This document shows positions 9,943 through 19,443 of a stretch of DNA of 32,000 nucleotides, piece after piece. The notes under the pieces were generated by a model that had not been told where the DNA came from, searched no databases, and saw only the letters and a program-made list of their open reading frames with translations. A program made the position numbers and the translations under genes. Position 1 is the first letter of the stretch, and the number at the start of each line of letters is the position of its first letter. This DNA is from Vibrio vulnificus CMCP6 (GTDB lineage: Bacteria; Pseudomonadota; Gammaproteobacteria; Enterobacterales; Vibrionaceae): NCBI RefSeq assembly GCF_000039765.1, contig NC_004459.3:2866104-2898103 (forward strand), read 5' to 3'.

Positions 9943-11037
9943 TTACGCGTTTTCTTGCTCAAATTGGCGCATGAAATCGACTAACGCCTTCACACCTTCA
10001 ATTGGCATTGCGTTGTAAATGGAGGCGCGCATGCCACCCACTACTCGGTGACCTTTTAGTGATTTGAGACCCAATGCTTCAGCTTCTTTCAAGAATTTTG
10101 CGTCTAGCTCTGGTTTCACCATTTGGAACGGCACATTCATTAATGAACGGTTATCTGGATGTACATTGTTGATGTAAAAATCGGACTCATCAATGTAGTT
10201 ATACAAAATCGCCGCTTTCTCACGGTTTACTTGCTCAATCGCTTTTACCCCACCCTGCGCTTTCAACCATTTGAAAACAAGGCCAGACAAGTACCAGGCA
10301 AAAGTTGGTGGCGTGTTAAACATCGAGTCTTGTTCTGCCAACACTTTGTAATTGAGAATACTTGGCAATACTTCTTTCGCCAAACCAAGCAAATCGTCAC
10401 GTACAATGGCAATCGCAATACCAGAAGGACCGATATTTTTTTGCGCACCTGCGTAAATCACACCGTATTTTGATACATCAATTTCACGCGACAAAATGGT
10501 CGAAGACATATCGGCAACGATCGGCTTATCCGTCACTGGAAGATCATTGATCTCAATGCCATCAATGGTTTCATTGGGACAAAAATGCACGTAAGCCGCA
10601 TCAGGATGAATTTGCCATTCTGAGGCAGGTAGTACCGCTTGCTTGCCTTCTTTTTCCGCTTTCGCAACAAAGACATCCGGCTGACAGTATTTTTTTGCTT
10701 CTTCGACAGCACTTTCTGCCCAATAGCCCGCATCAATGTAGGTCGCCGTCGTCGCGTCACCTAGCAGATTCAGCGGCACGGCCGCAAATTGAGCGCGCGC
10801 ACCACCTTGGCAGAAAAGAACTTTGTAATTATCAGGGATATTCAGTAGATCGCGGAGATCTTGCTCAGATTGCTCTGCGACTGCAATAAACTCTTTGCTA
10901 CGGTGGCTGATTTCCATAACGGAAGTGCCTAGCCCTTGCCAGTTCAACAATTCTTGTTGCGCCTGCTGCATAACAGGCTTCGGTAGTGCTGCTGGTCCGG
11001 CACTAAAGTTAAATACGTTATCCGTATTTTGTTCCAT
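9943..11037 (-). CDS. serC: 3-phosphoserine / phosphohydroxythreonine aminotransferase
   Basis: [57 protein letters not shown]. Start moved from 11088 to the ATG at 11037. Confidence 0.96.
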   Translation of the reverse strand: MEQNTDNVFNFSAGPAALPKPVMQQAQQELLNWQGLGTSVMEISHRSKEFIAVAEQSEQDLRDLLNIPDNYKVLFCQGGARAQFAAVPLNLLGDATTATYIDAGYWAESAVEEAKKYCQPDVFVAKAEKEGKQAVLPASEWQIHPDAAYVHFCPNETIDGIEINDLPVTDKPIVADMSSTILSREIDVSKYGVIYAGAQKNIGPSGIAIAIVRDDLLGLAKEVLPSILNYKVLAEQDSMFNTPPTFAWYLSGLVFKWLKAQGGVKAIEQVNREKAAILYNYIDESDFYINNVHPDNRSLMNVPFQMVKPELDAKFLKEAEALGLKSLKGHRVVGGMRASIYNAMPIEGVKALVDFMRQFEQENA

Positions 11038-11111
11038 GACGCTCTTTGCTCCTGCTAGATGTAATAAAAACTCTGCAAGTAATATCACGTTTTTCGCTGT
11101 TGAAAAACAAG

Positions 11112-11137
11112 AAAAGAGGTCTTAAGACCTCTTTTTT
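11112..11137 (-). terminator. Rho-independent terminator of the DUF945 gene
   Basis: Perfect palindrome AAAAGAGGTCTTAAGACCTCTTTT. Confidence 0.7.
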
Positions 11138-11160
11138 ATTCTAAGCAAATGAATCCGCAA

Positions 11161-12423
11161 TTATTGCATTAGCGCAGGCATCAATAGCGCGAGTAGTGGG
11201 AACTGTTGTCCGTTATCAAACATCAATTTACCTTCAGCGATTTTGGCTTTCAAGGTATAGCCACCTTCGACTTGTTGCAGAATTTCCATCACCATCAACT
11301 CATCCACTCCTTCTTGGATAAATGGGTATTCCGCCACCAGCTCATCACTGAAATAGGTACTGAGATCGCCCGTCATTGATGTCATGATTTTCATTGGATC
11401 TTGCGTCACTTGCGCAGTGCCTTGAGGCATTGACAGATTCCAGGTGTTCTCAAATATCCCCTCACCCAATTTTAGAGATAAGTTTTTCACTGCCACATCA
11501 AAGCCCTTCTCAAACAAGGTATCGATATGTGGCATCAGTGATTGCACTTCTTCTTGCGTTAGAGACGCAGCGTTTTGATACACATCCATCAACTTATCGA
11601 AAGATTGCATATCCAGATTCGTTAGAGAGAAGTCCAGATTAAGATCTTTGACTTCACTGCCGTCAGACATCAACAGCTTTTTCGACTTAAAAGTAAACAC
11701 GCTCGCCAAACGCTCCCCTTTGGTGTCCGGCTTAGTCTCACCAAGATATTGAGCGTCATACAAGCCAAACAAAGGTTGAGCAGAGGCATCTGCGACTTGA
11801 AACTCGCCCAATCGAATATCTTGTTGCCCTAACCAGTAACCGTTTTTGTGTTTGCCCTTGCCATTTCCTGTCAGATTGCCAACATGCAGCGATTCACCAC
11901 TACTGAAGTCAAACTGAATCGACGGTACATCAAGCACAAAATCGACATCCCCCAACACCGTGGCATTGCCAGACAGCTTCATCGGTGCGGTAGAAACCGC
12001 AACACCTTCACTGTCACTGACAAAATTCCAACTATCAATCGTGGCAACAAAATCCGTGTTTCCATTCAATTGTGTGGTGGCTTCAATATGCAGAGGTAGC
12101 GCCTGCTCCCCCATCAAGTCAGAAACCGAGTCAAGCGAGGTAAGCCCATGCGTTAATCTCGATTGCATTTCGTAAACCAAAGGAAGCCCGTCCGTTTCAA
12201 ATTGCTCAACTAACACAGGGTCAACAATGGTGTAACGCGTGGTGACTTCCGATGTGCGATAACCTCGGTCGTACTTGACAATTTCCGCTTGCAGTTGCGC
12301 ACTATTTAGCTTGGCAACAGCATCTTCAATTACATTTTGACCAATCTGCCCCACCGCCAATGGCCAACACAATGCCAATGAGATAGCACCACCAACTGCA
12401 CCGATTTTCTTTAAGTTGTTCAT
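11161..12423 (-). CDS. DUF945 (YdgA-like) family protein
   Basis: N-terminal signal/TM (AVGGAISLALCWPLAVGQIGQNVIEDAVAKLN), HIEATTQLNG, DLNLDFSLTNLDMQSFDKLMD, FDNGQQFPLLALLMP. Confidence 0.75.
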   Translation of the reverse strand: MNNLKKIGAVGGAISLALCWPLAVGQIGQNVIEDAVAKLNSAQLQAEIVKYDRGYRTSEVTTRYTIVDPVLVEQFETDGLPLVYEMQSRLTHGLTSLDSVSDLMGEQALPLHIEATTQLNGNTDFVATIDSWNFVSDSEGVAVSTAPMKLSGNATVLGDVDFVLDVPSIQFDFSSGESLHVGNLTGNGKGKHKNGYWLGQQDIRLGEFQVADASAQPLFGLYDAQYLGETKPDTKGERLASVFTFKSKKLLMSDGSEVKDLNLDFSLTNLDMQSFDKLMDVYQNAASLTQEEVQSLMPHIDTLFEKGFDVAVKNLSLKLGEGIFENTWNLSMPQGTAQVTQDPMKIMTSMTGDLSTYFSDELVAEYPFIQEGVDELMVMEILQQVEGGYTLKAKIAEGKLMFDNGQQFPLLALLMPALMQ

Positions 12424-12612
12424 AATGTCACTTATTTGTGAATGTTTTGAGTGAGTCTACCCTATCTATACTCAGGTGAAAACATTGAGATAAATCAGAC
12501 TATTGCTAAGTACACCAGAATGACTCACGAAATTTAAACTTAGCTCTCAACCAGATCTCGCGCTTCCTGTTACCTTATCTTAGTCGTTGTTTATGCTAAA
12601 AGATGAGGCTTT

Positions 12613-14556
12613 GTGAACCGTTACGCTATTTTGTGTTTGGACAACAATCCGATAAGTATCGAGCAATTTCGCCAAGAATTGGCGACGTTTTCTCATAAAT
12701 TTGATGTATTTACTGCAGACTCAGTTGAAGAAGCACATCACGCGATCGACTATTTAGAGCAGGCGAACCAAACCATGGCGCTGGTCATCGCAAGCCATCA
12801 CAGTGAATTGAACGGCGTTGACTTCTTGATTGGCTTAGACCACAACCCCAGAACAGAAGATGCCCGACGCATTCTAATTAGCTGCTCAACGGACATTGCC
12901 GCGATCATCACTGCGGTCAATGAAGGCCGATTGGATCACTGTTTAACCAAGCCCCTCCCCGATCATGTCCTTTTTCAAACCGTTCAAAAAGAGCTGACTC
13001 AGTTTATTCTTAAGTTTGAAAAAGAAGATTTGCTTGGCTTTAGCAGCGTGCTTGATCAAAATCGTTTGCTACGTGCACATATTGAAAATCAGATGCGTCA
13101 CTACCAAGCAGGCTTTATCCACGATTATCACACCTTGTCTGACGCTGAACTAACGGAACGTTTCACCAATGCACTGCAAACTTTTTTCCAAGAAAAAGAC
13201 GAAACAAGAGCCTGTAGAACGTATTCACCAGAACATCTGTTGACGGTCGAAGGTGAGGCGAACAAGTTCCTCTGGTTCATTACCTCTGGAGAAGTCGCGC
13301 TGTATAAACGCGATGAATTGGGCATGCAACGTGAAGTGGTCCGACATAAGAAAGGCAATCTCGTTGGGGGCATGTCATTTGTTACCGGAGAAAAATCGTT
13401 CTCAACCGCTCTCACTCTCACCAAGACGGAAGTGATCAAATTAGATCGCAACGTTTTTGCCCAGGTGATGCAATCCGATTCTAACCTTTTGCCTCTGTTT
13501 ACCAACCTGTTGCTACGACACTTTAACCGGCGTTTGCAACGCAGTATCAATACAAAACTGCAGTTACAGAAAACCCTTGAATCGCTTGAATCTGCCCATC
13601 AACAATTGATCGAAAAAGAAAAAATGGCCATGCTCGGTCAGTTAGTCGCAGGGGTTGCCCATGAACTCAATAATCCCATCGCGGCAATTCTAAGAGGCAT
13701 TGAAAACCTCAACCAAAATTTGGCAATGGTACTTTCAACCAGCGGCGCGCCAAATCAAACCACGAAAGGGATAGCCGTGTTAGAAAGTGCCAAAGCAAGT
13801 AAACCGATGTCAACCGCGGAGCTTAGAGAGCGCTCAAACCAACTTTTATCATGCGTTGACAACCGAAATATCGCGAGAAAATTAGTCGCCCTCGGTTTGG
13901 AACAGGACGACGAACTGCTTACGCAACTCAAGCAGCATCCAACGGAAGGTGCCCGTCAACTTGAACACCTTGAACACTACTTTTTGATTGGCAACGCACT
14001 GCGATCAATTGATGTGTGTGCCAGTCGGATTGCTGATATGGTCAAGAGCTTAAAAGGCTATGCTCGTGCAGATGATGAAAAAACGCATATTGCCGATATC
14101 CACGAAGGCATTGAAGATACGTTAGTGATTTTCGAAAATCGCCTCAAACTGCATAAACTGACCACACATTACTGTTCTTTGCCCCCTATTTATTGCCAGC
14201 CAATCGCGCTGCAACAAGTGTGGACTAATATGATTTCAAATGCGCTCGACGCCATGCCAGAACATGGTACTCTCGAAATCACCACTCAAATTGAATCACG
14301 CAATGACAAACCTTATGTTACGGTTTCATTTAGAGACAATGGCTGTGGCATACCAGCAGAGCAACAAGCCACGATTTTTGAACTGAACTACACCACCAAA
14401 AAAGAGGGAAATTTTGGTCTTGGCATTGGTTTGTCTATTTGCCATCAAATCATCCATAGTCACGGAGGATGGATCGAAGTGGATTCGATTCCAGCGCAGT
14501 ACACCTGTATGACTATCTGGTTACCACTGGTTTCTGAAGGAGCATCCCATGAATAA
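12613..14556 (+). CDS. Hybrid-like sensor histidine kinase: degenerate N-terminal receiver, cyclic-nucleotide-binding-like domain, HisKA/HATPase
   Basis: Receiver-like N-terminus (YAILCLDNNP...LTKPLPD), cNMP-like HLLTVEGEANKFLWFITSGEVALYKRD...LVGGMSFVTGE, H-box GVAHELNNPIAAILRG, N-box WTNMISNALDAMP, G-box GLGIGLSICHQIIHSHGG. Confidence 0.88.
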   Translation: MNRYAILCLDNNPISIEQFRQELATFSHKFDVFTADSVEEAHHAIDYLEQANQTMALVIASHHSELNGVDFLIGLDHNPRTEDARRILISCSTDIAAIITAVNEGRLDHCLTKPLPDHVLFQTVQKELTQFILKFEKEDLLGFSSVLDQNRLLRAHIENQMRHYQAGFIHDYHTLSDAELTERFTNALQTFFQEKDETRACRTYSPEHLLTVEGEANKFLWFITSGEVALYKRDELGMQREVVRHKKGNLVGGMSFVTGEKSFSTALTLTKTEVIKLDRNVFAQVMQSDSNLLPLFTNLLLRHFNRRLQRSINTKLQLQKTLESLESAHQQLIEKEKMAMLGQLVAGVAHELNNPIAAILRGIENLNQNLAMVLSTSGAPNQTTKGIAVLESAKASKPMSTAELRERSNQLLSCVDNRNIARKLVALGLEQDDELLTQLKQHPTEGARQLEHLEHYFLIGNALRSIDVCASRIADMVKSLKGYARADDEKTHIADIHEGIEDTLVIFENRLKLHKLTTHYCSLPPIYCQPIALQQVWTNMISNALDAMPEHGTLEITTQIESRNDKPYVTVSFRDNGCGIPAEQQATIFELNYTTKKEGNFGLGIGLSICHQIIHSHGGWIEVDSIPAQYTCMTIWLPLVSEGASHE

Positions 14557-15044
14557 ATACTTGATTTTGTGTGTTGATGACGAACGAGAAGTGCTCGATA
14601 GCGTACTTCAAGATTTATCGCCATTTGAAGATCATTTTGTGCTCGAGGGCGCAGAGTCAGTAGCAGAAGCCAAAAATGTCATTGAAGAGTATGACGACGA
14701 AGGCGTTCCATTGGCATTAATTCTGTGCGACCACATCATGCCAGAACAAACAGGGATCAGTTTTCTCATTGAACTCAGTCGCGGCGAAACGACGCGCAAA
14801 GCGAGAAAAGTACTCTTGACGGGGCAAGCTGGTTTGGAAGATACCGTTGAAGCGGTGAATCATGCGAGCCTTATTTTTATATCGCCAAACCTTGGTACGG
14901 CGACGAGCTGAGAAACGCGATAAAAAACCAGTTGACCTCCTACGGATCGCAAATGACGACAATTTATTGTCATGGACATCGGTATTAGATCCAGAGAGAA
15001 TTCTCAATGCAATGGCGGAGAAACGAAGTTCTTTCGGCGAATAA
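14549..15044 (+). pseudogene. Response regulator receiver gene with two apparent single-base deletions (frame 2 to 1 to 0)
   Basis: Intact receiver start (LCVDDEREVLDSV..ILCDHIMPEQTG..KVLLTGQ), then homology-like text moves to frame 1 (FYIAKPWYGDELRNAIKNQLTSY) and to frame 0 (ANDDNLLSWTSVLDPERILNAMAEKRSSFGE*). Adding 2 nt gives 498 nt in one frame. Confidence 0.7.
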
Positions 15045-15193
15045 CTGACTCATTACCAAGCACTTGTTAAGTCGAATCGACTCACATTAAATGGCATCAG
15101 AATTGCTTAATTATTGGCTAGACGACAAAACAATGGCATTTTTTGTTGGTGACTTGTCTACAAGTTGATTAATATGTCGCAATGAAATGAATG

Positions 15194-15216
15194 GGTTGAG
15201 CAGCCCAGACTCAACC
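15194..15216 (+). promoter_or_regulatory. Stem-loop in the 5' leader of the outer-membrane protein gene
   Basis: GGTTGAG-cagcccaga-CTCAACC, 35 nt upstream of the ATG at 15252. Confidence 0.4.
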
Positions 15217-15251
15217 GGGAAGTAACAAAATAAAGAAGGTTTACCATAGTT

Positions 15252-15800
15252 ATGCGTAAGACAATTCTAGCTGCAGCTCTGCTGATTGCCTCTAGCCAAG
15301 TGATGGCCAAGGAAGACCCAAACCGTCCAGCAACCATGAGCAACTTTAGTTACGACTACATCGAAGCTCGTATCGGCGCTAGCCCAATGACTTTTGGTGC
15401 AGCCTACAGCAAGTCTGTTCACCCAAATGCGCACATTATTGCCCGTATCGATTCCGAATTTGAAAGTGACTTCGACGCTGCTGCAGGTTTTGGTTTCCAC
15501 TCACCTATCAATAACTGGGCAGACTTAACTGGTGCAATGCTTATGCGTGTTGTAGAGCCAGCAAAAGCAAGCAGTGCCGATATCGGTATGGAACTTAACT
15601 TGGGTATCCGCCAATGGCTTGGTCCTCAACTTGAAGTTGGTGGTAAAGTTGGTTACGTCTCCATTGATAACGACGATGACTGGATTGGCTCTGTGTACGC
15701 TCGCTTCCATTCAACTGAGCTTTTCTCGTTGGGTGTTGAAGCGCGTATCAATGACTTCTACGATGATCAATTGATGTTTACAACGCGTTTTAAATTCTAA
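15252..15800 (+). CDS. Small outer-membrane beta-barrel-like protein
   Basis: Sec signal MRKTILAAALLIASSQVMAKE, alternating amphipathic strands, terminal aromatic residue (MFTTRFKF*). Confidence 0.65.
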   Translation: MRKTILAAALLIASSQVMAKEDPNRPATMSNFSYDYIEARIGASPMTFGAAYSKSVHPNAHIIARIDSEFESDFDAAAGFGFHSPINNWADLTGAMLMRVVEPAKASSADIGMELNLGIRQWLGPQLEVGGKVGYVSIDNDDDWIGSVYARFHSTELFSLGVEARINDFYDDQLMFTTRFKF

Positions 15801-15940
15801 AGCACGATGAAGTTCAAGCTCTCATAGAACGAGTGGCTTGAACCTTTAACGTAGATATATACGTAAACGATTTGGCGTAGCTGATCGATAAAAGTGATAG
15901 CCAATTCTGTCACTGCTTTAAGTAGAACAAGTACAAATGA

Positions 15941-15972
15941 AAAAACCGAGGCAGCATTGTCTCGGTTTTTTA
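15941..15972. terminator. Rho-independent terminator, possibly bidirectional
   Basis: AAAAACCGAG-gcagcattgt-CTCGGTTTTT followed by T-rich sequence. Confidence 0.8.
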
Positions 15973-16126
15973 TTTCGTGTCATTTATAGACAAGAAGATT
16001 TCTCTCCCGCTTTCAAGATGTATCACAACAAGAATGAGCGTACTTCGAACCAAACCTATGCGCTTTAAACCACCATTTGATTTCAGCGTTATCACTAAAC
16101 GGTTTAGTTCGAGAGCAAAATGATGA

Positions 16127-16714
16127 CTAGCAGCATGCTGCCAAAAGTTGTTTACGACGGGGCTCTTGAAGTAATTTCCAATGAATACCTTCTACCGCGC
16201 CAGCAAATTTCCATAGCAATTTGACATCAACGTCATTACCGTAAGCTTGCTTAACTCGATTAAAGACTTCAATCGCTCCTAATTCCATAAAGGTTTCAAC
16301 GTCATCAATCCCTGCTTTTTTCACCATGCGTTCAAGTGTTAATTGCATGTTCGGTAAATCTCTTAAACGACGACTGGCAGATGATTTTTGGAAATTACGT
16401 TGCTTTACAGAGCACGCTATAGACTGCTTTACCAAACGATCCAACTGACCATCTCGATTATCAAGTAGATTAGATACTTCGTAGTAATTTACAGTAGCAG
16501 TGGTTTGCTTTTTGACATGGCGATACTTCTCACAGCCCAATTGGCAAAAAGTATCATCCAAACTGTCTCCACCACGAAGGTAGTAGCAACCATTACTCAC
16601 CAATGCAAACATGGCATCTTCCGCAAACAGGCCGATACCACCGAACATTGAACGTTTCTGAAAATCACCAAATTGGTTGATGTAGTCAAAAAAAGCTTGT
16701 TCTGTCATATCCAT
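16127..16714 (-). CDS. tfoX: TfoX/Sxy family competence regulator
   Basis: MDMTEQAFFDYINQFGDFQKRSMFGGIGLFAEDAMFALV (TfoX N) and LRDLPNMQLTLERMVKKAGIDDVETFMELGAIEVFNRVKQAY (TfoX C). Confidence 0.93.
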   Translation of the reverse strand: MDMTEQAFFDYINQFGDFQKRSMFGGIGLFAEDAMFALVSNGCYYLRGGDSLDDTFCQLGCEKYRHVKKQTTATVNYYEVSNLLDNRDGQLDRLVKQSIACSVKQRNFQKSSASRRLRDLPNMQLTLERMVKKAGIDDVETFMELGAIEVFNRVKQAYGNDVDVKLLWKFAGAVEGIHWKLLQEPRRKQLLAACC

Positions 16715-16906
16715 TGACTCCTAATTCAAAGATTAACCCCGATTAGTTATGTCACCAGATAGCAGCATTTTATAATTAAGCGAAAATGATAGAGAAAGGT
16801 ATTTAAATTATTTATAAGTAATTTTTATCAGCAACCCGAATCATACTTAATGAAAAAAAATAAGTCGGGATTCGCATCACAAATAAAGTTTCCTCTCCAT
16901 TATTGA

Positions 16907-16922
16907 TGAGATCCAATTCACA
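16907..16922. promoter_or_regulatory. CRP-like binding site in the tfoX / HDOD intergenic region
   Basis: TGAGA-tccaat-TCACA, 9/10 match to TGTGA-N6-TCACA. Confidence 0.55.
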
Positions 16923-17073
16923 TTATCAAACAATAGCGCATGTTGTACTTTTCGTTACATTAAGCACTACGGACGAAAAAGCAGCAATTAAACTATTGTC
17001 ATGATGGCAATTTCTTGCACTGATCAACTCGCTACTAGTACACTGTACGAAAGCACTTTGGCTCAAAATATCT

Positions 17074-17994
17074 ATGGAACACTTATCTTTTTTCTGGTTG
17101 CCGAATAATAAGGACTTACTGATTCAAGCGTTGGAAACTGAGTTCGCTCAACTGGTCGAGCAGTCGCTTGCTACTGGTAAAGTCGCTCTACCTCCAATCC
17201 CTGATGTTGTCTTAAAAATTCAACAACTTTGCACCCAAGAATCCACTGGCATCAACGATGTCGCTGAATGTCTTTTAGAAGACCCCGGGCTAGCCGCCAT
17301 TGTCATTAGAGTGGCAAACTCAGTCATTTTTAATCGCCGCAATATCACCTGTACCGATTTGACCACGGCAGTATCTCGACTCGGCATTCTAAGAGTCAGA
17401 GACATTGTCACCGCTCAGGCCATCGAGCAGTTGAAGCATTCTGTCAATCTTAACAAAGAGTGCAATGCGGTACTGATTAACAGCGCTGCCGTTTCTCGCC
17501 AATTGGGCGCTGTAATGGTGATGGTCGTCAATGCCTTTAGAAAACATGCGGCAGCAAAGTATGACTATTTAGAGCCAGAAAAAGCCTTGTTGGTTGGCCT
17601 ACTTGCGGATATTGGTCTGTTTTGCTTGGTCAATGAATACCACCTCTATCTGGATAAAGGAAACTACCTTGACCAACAAATCGCGCTACAAATATTCCAA
17701 ACTCGTTGTGCTGCGACCAGTAAATTAGTCTTGGAAAACTGGGAGTTTGATAGTGACTTCGTCGAAGTATCTTCCAATCAAGCTTATCGCTCTCAGCGTC
17801 AGGAAGTGACTTATCTCGATATTGCGCGTATCGCAAACCACTTATTAATGTTTAGAAACCAAGATGAACGAATTGATGACCACGAAGTGGAGTTTAATTT
17901 AGTGGGTGCTGAGGTGTTATTTGAATTGAGTAATTTATCAGAAGATGAATTCCAGGAAATGGTGAATCAAGTACTTAATTCAAGTGGCTTTTAA
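17074..17994 (+). CDS. HDOD domain protein
   Basis: ALPPIPDVVLKIQQLCTQESTGINDVAECLLEDPGLAAIVIRVANSVIFNRR...TTAVSRLGILRVRDIV is the HDOD pattern. Confidence 0.85.
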   Translation: MEHLSFFWLPNNKDLLIQALETEFAQLVEQSLATGKVALPPIPDVVLKIQQLCTQESTGINDVAECLLEDPGLAAIVIRVANSVIFNRRNITCTDLTTAVSRLGILRVRDIVTAQAIEQLKHSVNLNKECNAVLINSAAVSRQLGAVMVMVVNAFRKHAAAKYDYLEPEKALLVGLLADIGLFCLVNEYHLYLDKGNYLDQQIALQIFQTRCAATSKLVLENWEFDSDFVEVSSNQAYRSQRQEVTYLDIARIANHLLMFRNQDERIDDHEVEFNLVGAEVLFELSNLSEDEFQEMVNQVLNSSGF

Positions 17995-18085
17995 TACCTC
18001 CCTTTTTATGACATCGCATTAGCTTTTATAAAAACCACTTTTGATGTTATTCAATCGGTAACGTGTCTCTCTTTAAGGTAAAGTC

Positions 18086-18120
18086 TTCATCCCAGTTATT
18101 TCGTCGAAAACTGGGATGAA
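18086..18120. other. Strong intergenic stem-loop, no U-run
   Basis: TTCATCCCAGTT and AACTGGGATGAA, 12-bp perfect stem with 11-nt loop. Confidence 0.6.
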
Positions 18121-18340
18121 ATCACGTAATAATATCACCCACAACCAATCATTCATCAGCTCAATAAATTTTACCTCACTGAGTCCTCTCTCAACTTAGC
18201 ATTCTAAAATTTAAGGCTTTCTATTGAGATGTGATGGTTACTTCACATTAATTTCATGATAGTTTTACACCGTTGAATGGACTCAACGTCCCACGTACAT
18301 ATCTAACATTTCGCACTATCAATCTTACTCGGGAGCCTGC

Positions 18341-19246
18341 ATGCTGTCAGGGATGCTGTTTATCTTCGCCCCACTTGTGGTGGGGTATTTAATACCAATC
18401 GCTAATCCTTCTACATTGGCTAAGATCAATAAGATTACATCACATCTTATCTATGTGATTTTATCGCTGATGGGATTAAGTTTGGCTGCGTTAGACAACC
18501 TGAGTGCAAATTTACAGGTCATCCTCACTTACACTGGCACTTTTTTCCTTTGCTTAGGTTTGTGTAATTTAGCCGTGCTTCCTCTTGTTGATCGTCTTTT
18601 GCCCGTTGAGACAGATACCTCACAAAAAAAGCCACCTCTTTCAGCCATGGCGATGGAGTCCTTAAAGCTTATTTTTGTTGTCGGTGGCGGCCTGCTTATT
18701 GGCCTCATGTTGCCGATCAGTTTAGATTGGGTAGACACCGCCAGTGAGTGGATTCTTTTCGTTTTACTTTTCTTTATTGGTATTCAACTGCGTAACAGTG
18801 GCCTAACCCTAAGGCAGATTCTCCTGAACAAACAAGGTATGGTCATCGCTTTAGTCATCATAAGCACCTCTATGGTTGGTGGCCTAATTGCAGGAAAAAT
18901 TCTTGATATTCCAACTTACCAGGCGCTTGCCATGGCATCGGGCTTTGGTTGGTACTCACTGGCGGGCATTCTGATGGGAGATGCCTTTGGTCCTATCTTC
19001 GGCGGAGCATCCTTTATGATTGAACTACTGCGCGAATTGTTAGCGCTGGTGGTCATCCCTTTATTGATTCGTTCTCGCCCCTGCACCGCAATTGGCTACG
19101 CTGGCGCAACTGCGATGGATTTTACTTTGCCTGTGATTCAAACCACTGGCGGAGTACGTTGTGTTCCCATAGCCATAGTAAGTGGCTTTATTCTGAGCCT
19201 ATTAGTGCCGGTATTAATGCTATTCTTTGTGTCACTTGCTAGCTAG
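18341..19246 (+). CDS. lysO: LysO/YbjE family putative lysine exporter
   Basis: Polytopic; SGFGWYSLAGILMGDAFGPIFGGASFMIELLRELLALVVIPLLI and GATAMDFTLPVIQTTGG are LysO-type motifs. Confidence 0.85.
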   Translation: MLSGMLFIFAPLVVGYLIPIANPSTLAKINKITSHLIYVILSLMGLSLAALDNLSANLQVILTYTGTFFLCLGLCNLAVLPLVDRLLPVETDTSQKKPPLSAMAMESLKLIFVVGGGLLIGLMLPISLDWVDTASEWILFVLLFFIGIQLRNSGLTLRQILLNKQGMVIALVIISTSMVGGLIAGKILDIPTYQALAMASGFGWYSLAGILMGDAFGPIFGGASFMIELLRELLALVVIPLLIRSRPCTAIGYAGATAMDFTLPVIQTTGGVRCVPIAIVSGFILSLLVPVLMLFFVSLAS

Positions 19247-19443
19247 ATCGCATGATGGTGGATTCATTTCCGCTACACTAGCGAACAAAAATAATAACAT
19301 ACCTAAACTACTGGGATTTGCAGGTAGACGGTAAACCAATGGACTTCCATGCGCATAGGTCACTGTGTTTTTGGGGTCATTGAACTCAACCCGATCCACT
19401 ACTGCTTCACGTAGAAAGGATATCGCTCAAAAAAGGAATCACT

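Noticed and set aside
14549-14945. Programmed ribosomal frameshifting in the response regulator
   Set aside because: It would need two same-direction shifts within ~75 nt; no clear slippery heptamer with downstream structure was seen, so deletion or sequencing error is more economical.
14862-15044. Separate small plus-strand gene (60 aa)
   Set aside because: Its C-terminal part is best explained as the frameshifted tail of the response regulator, not an independent gene.
17995-18340. Lysine riboswitch in the lysO leader
   Set aside because: I could not find the conserved lysine-riboswitch core segments; only a single hairpin is evident.
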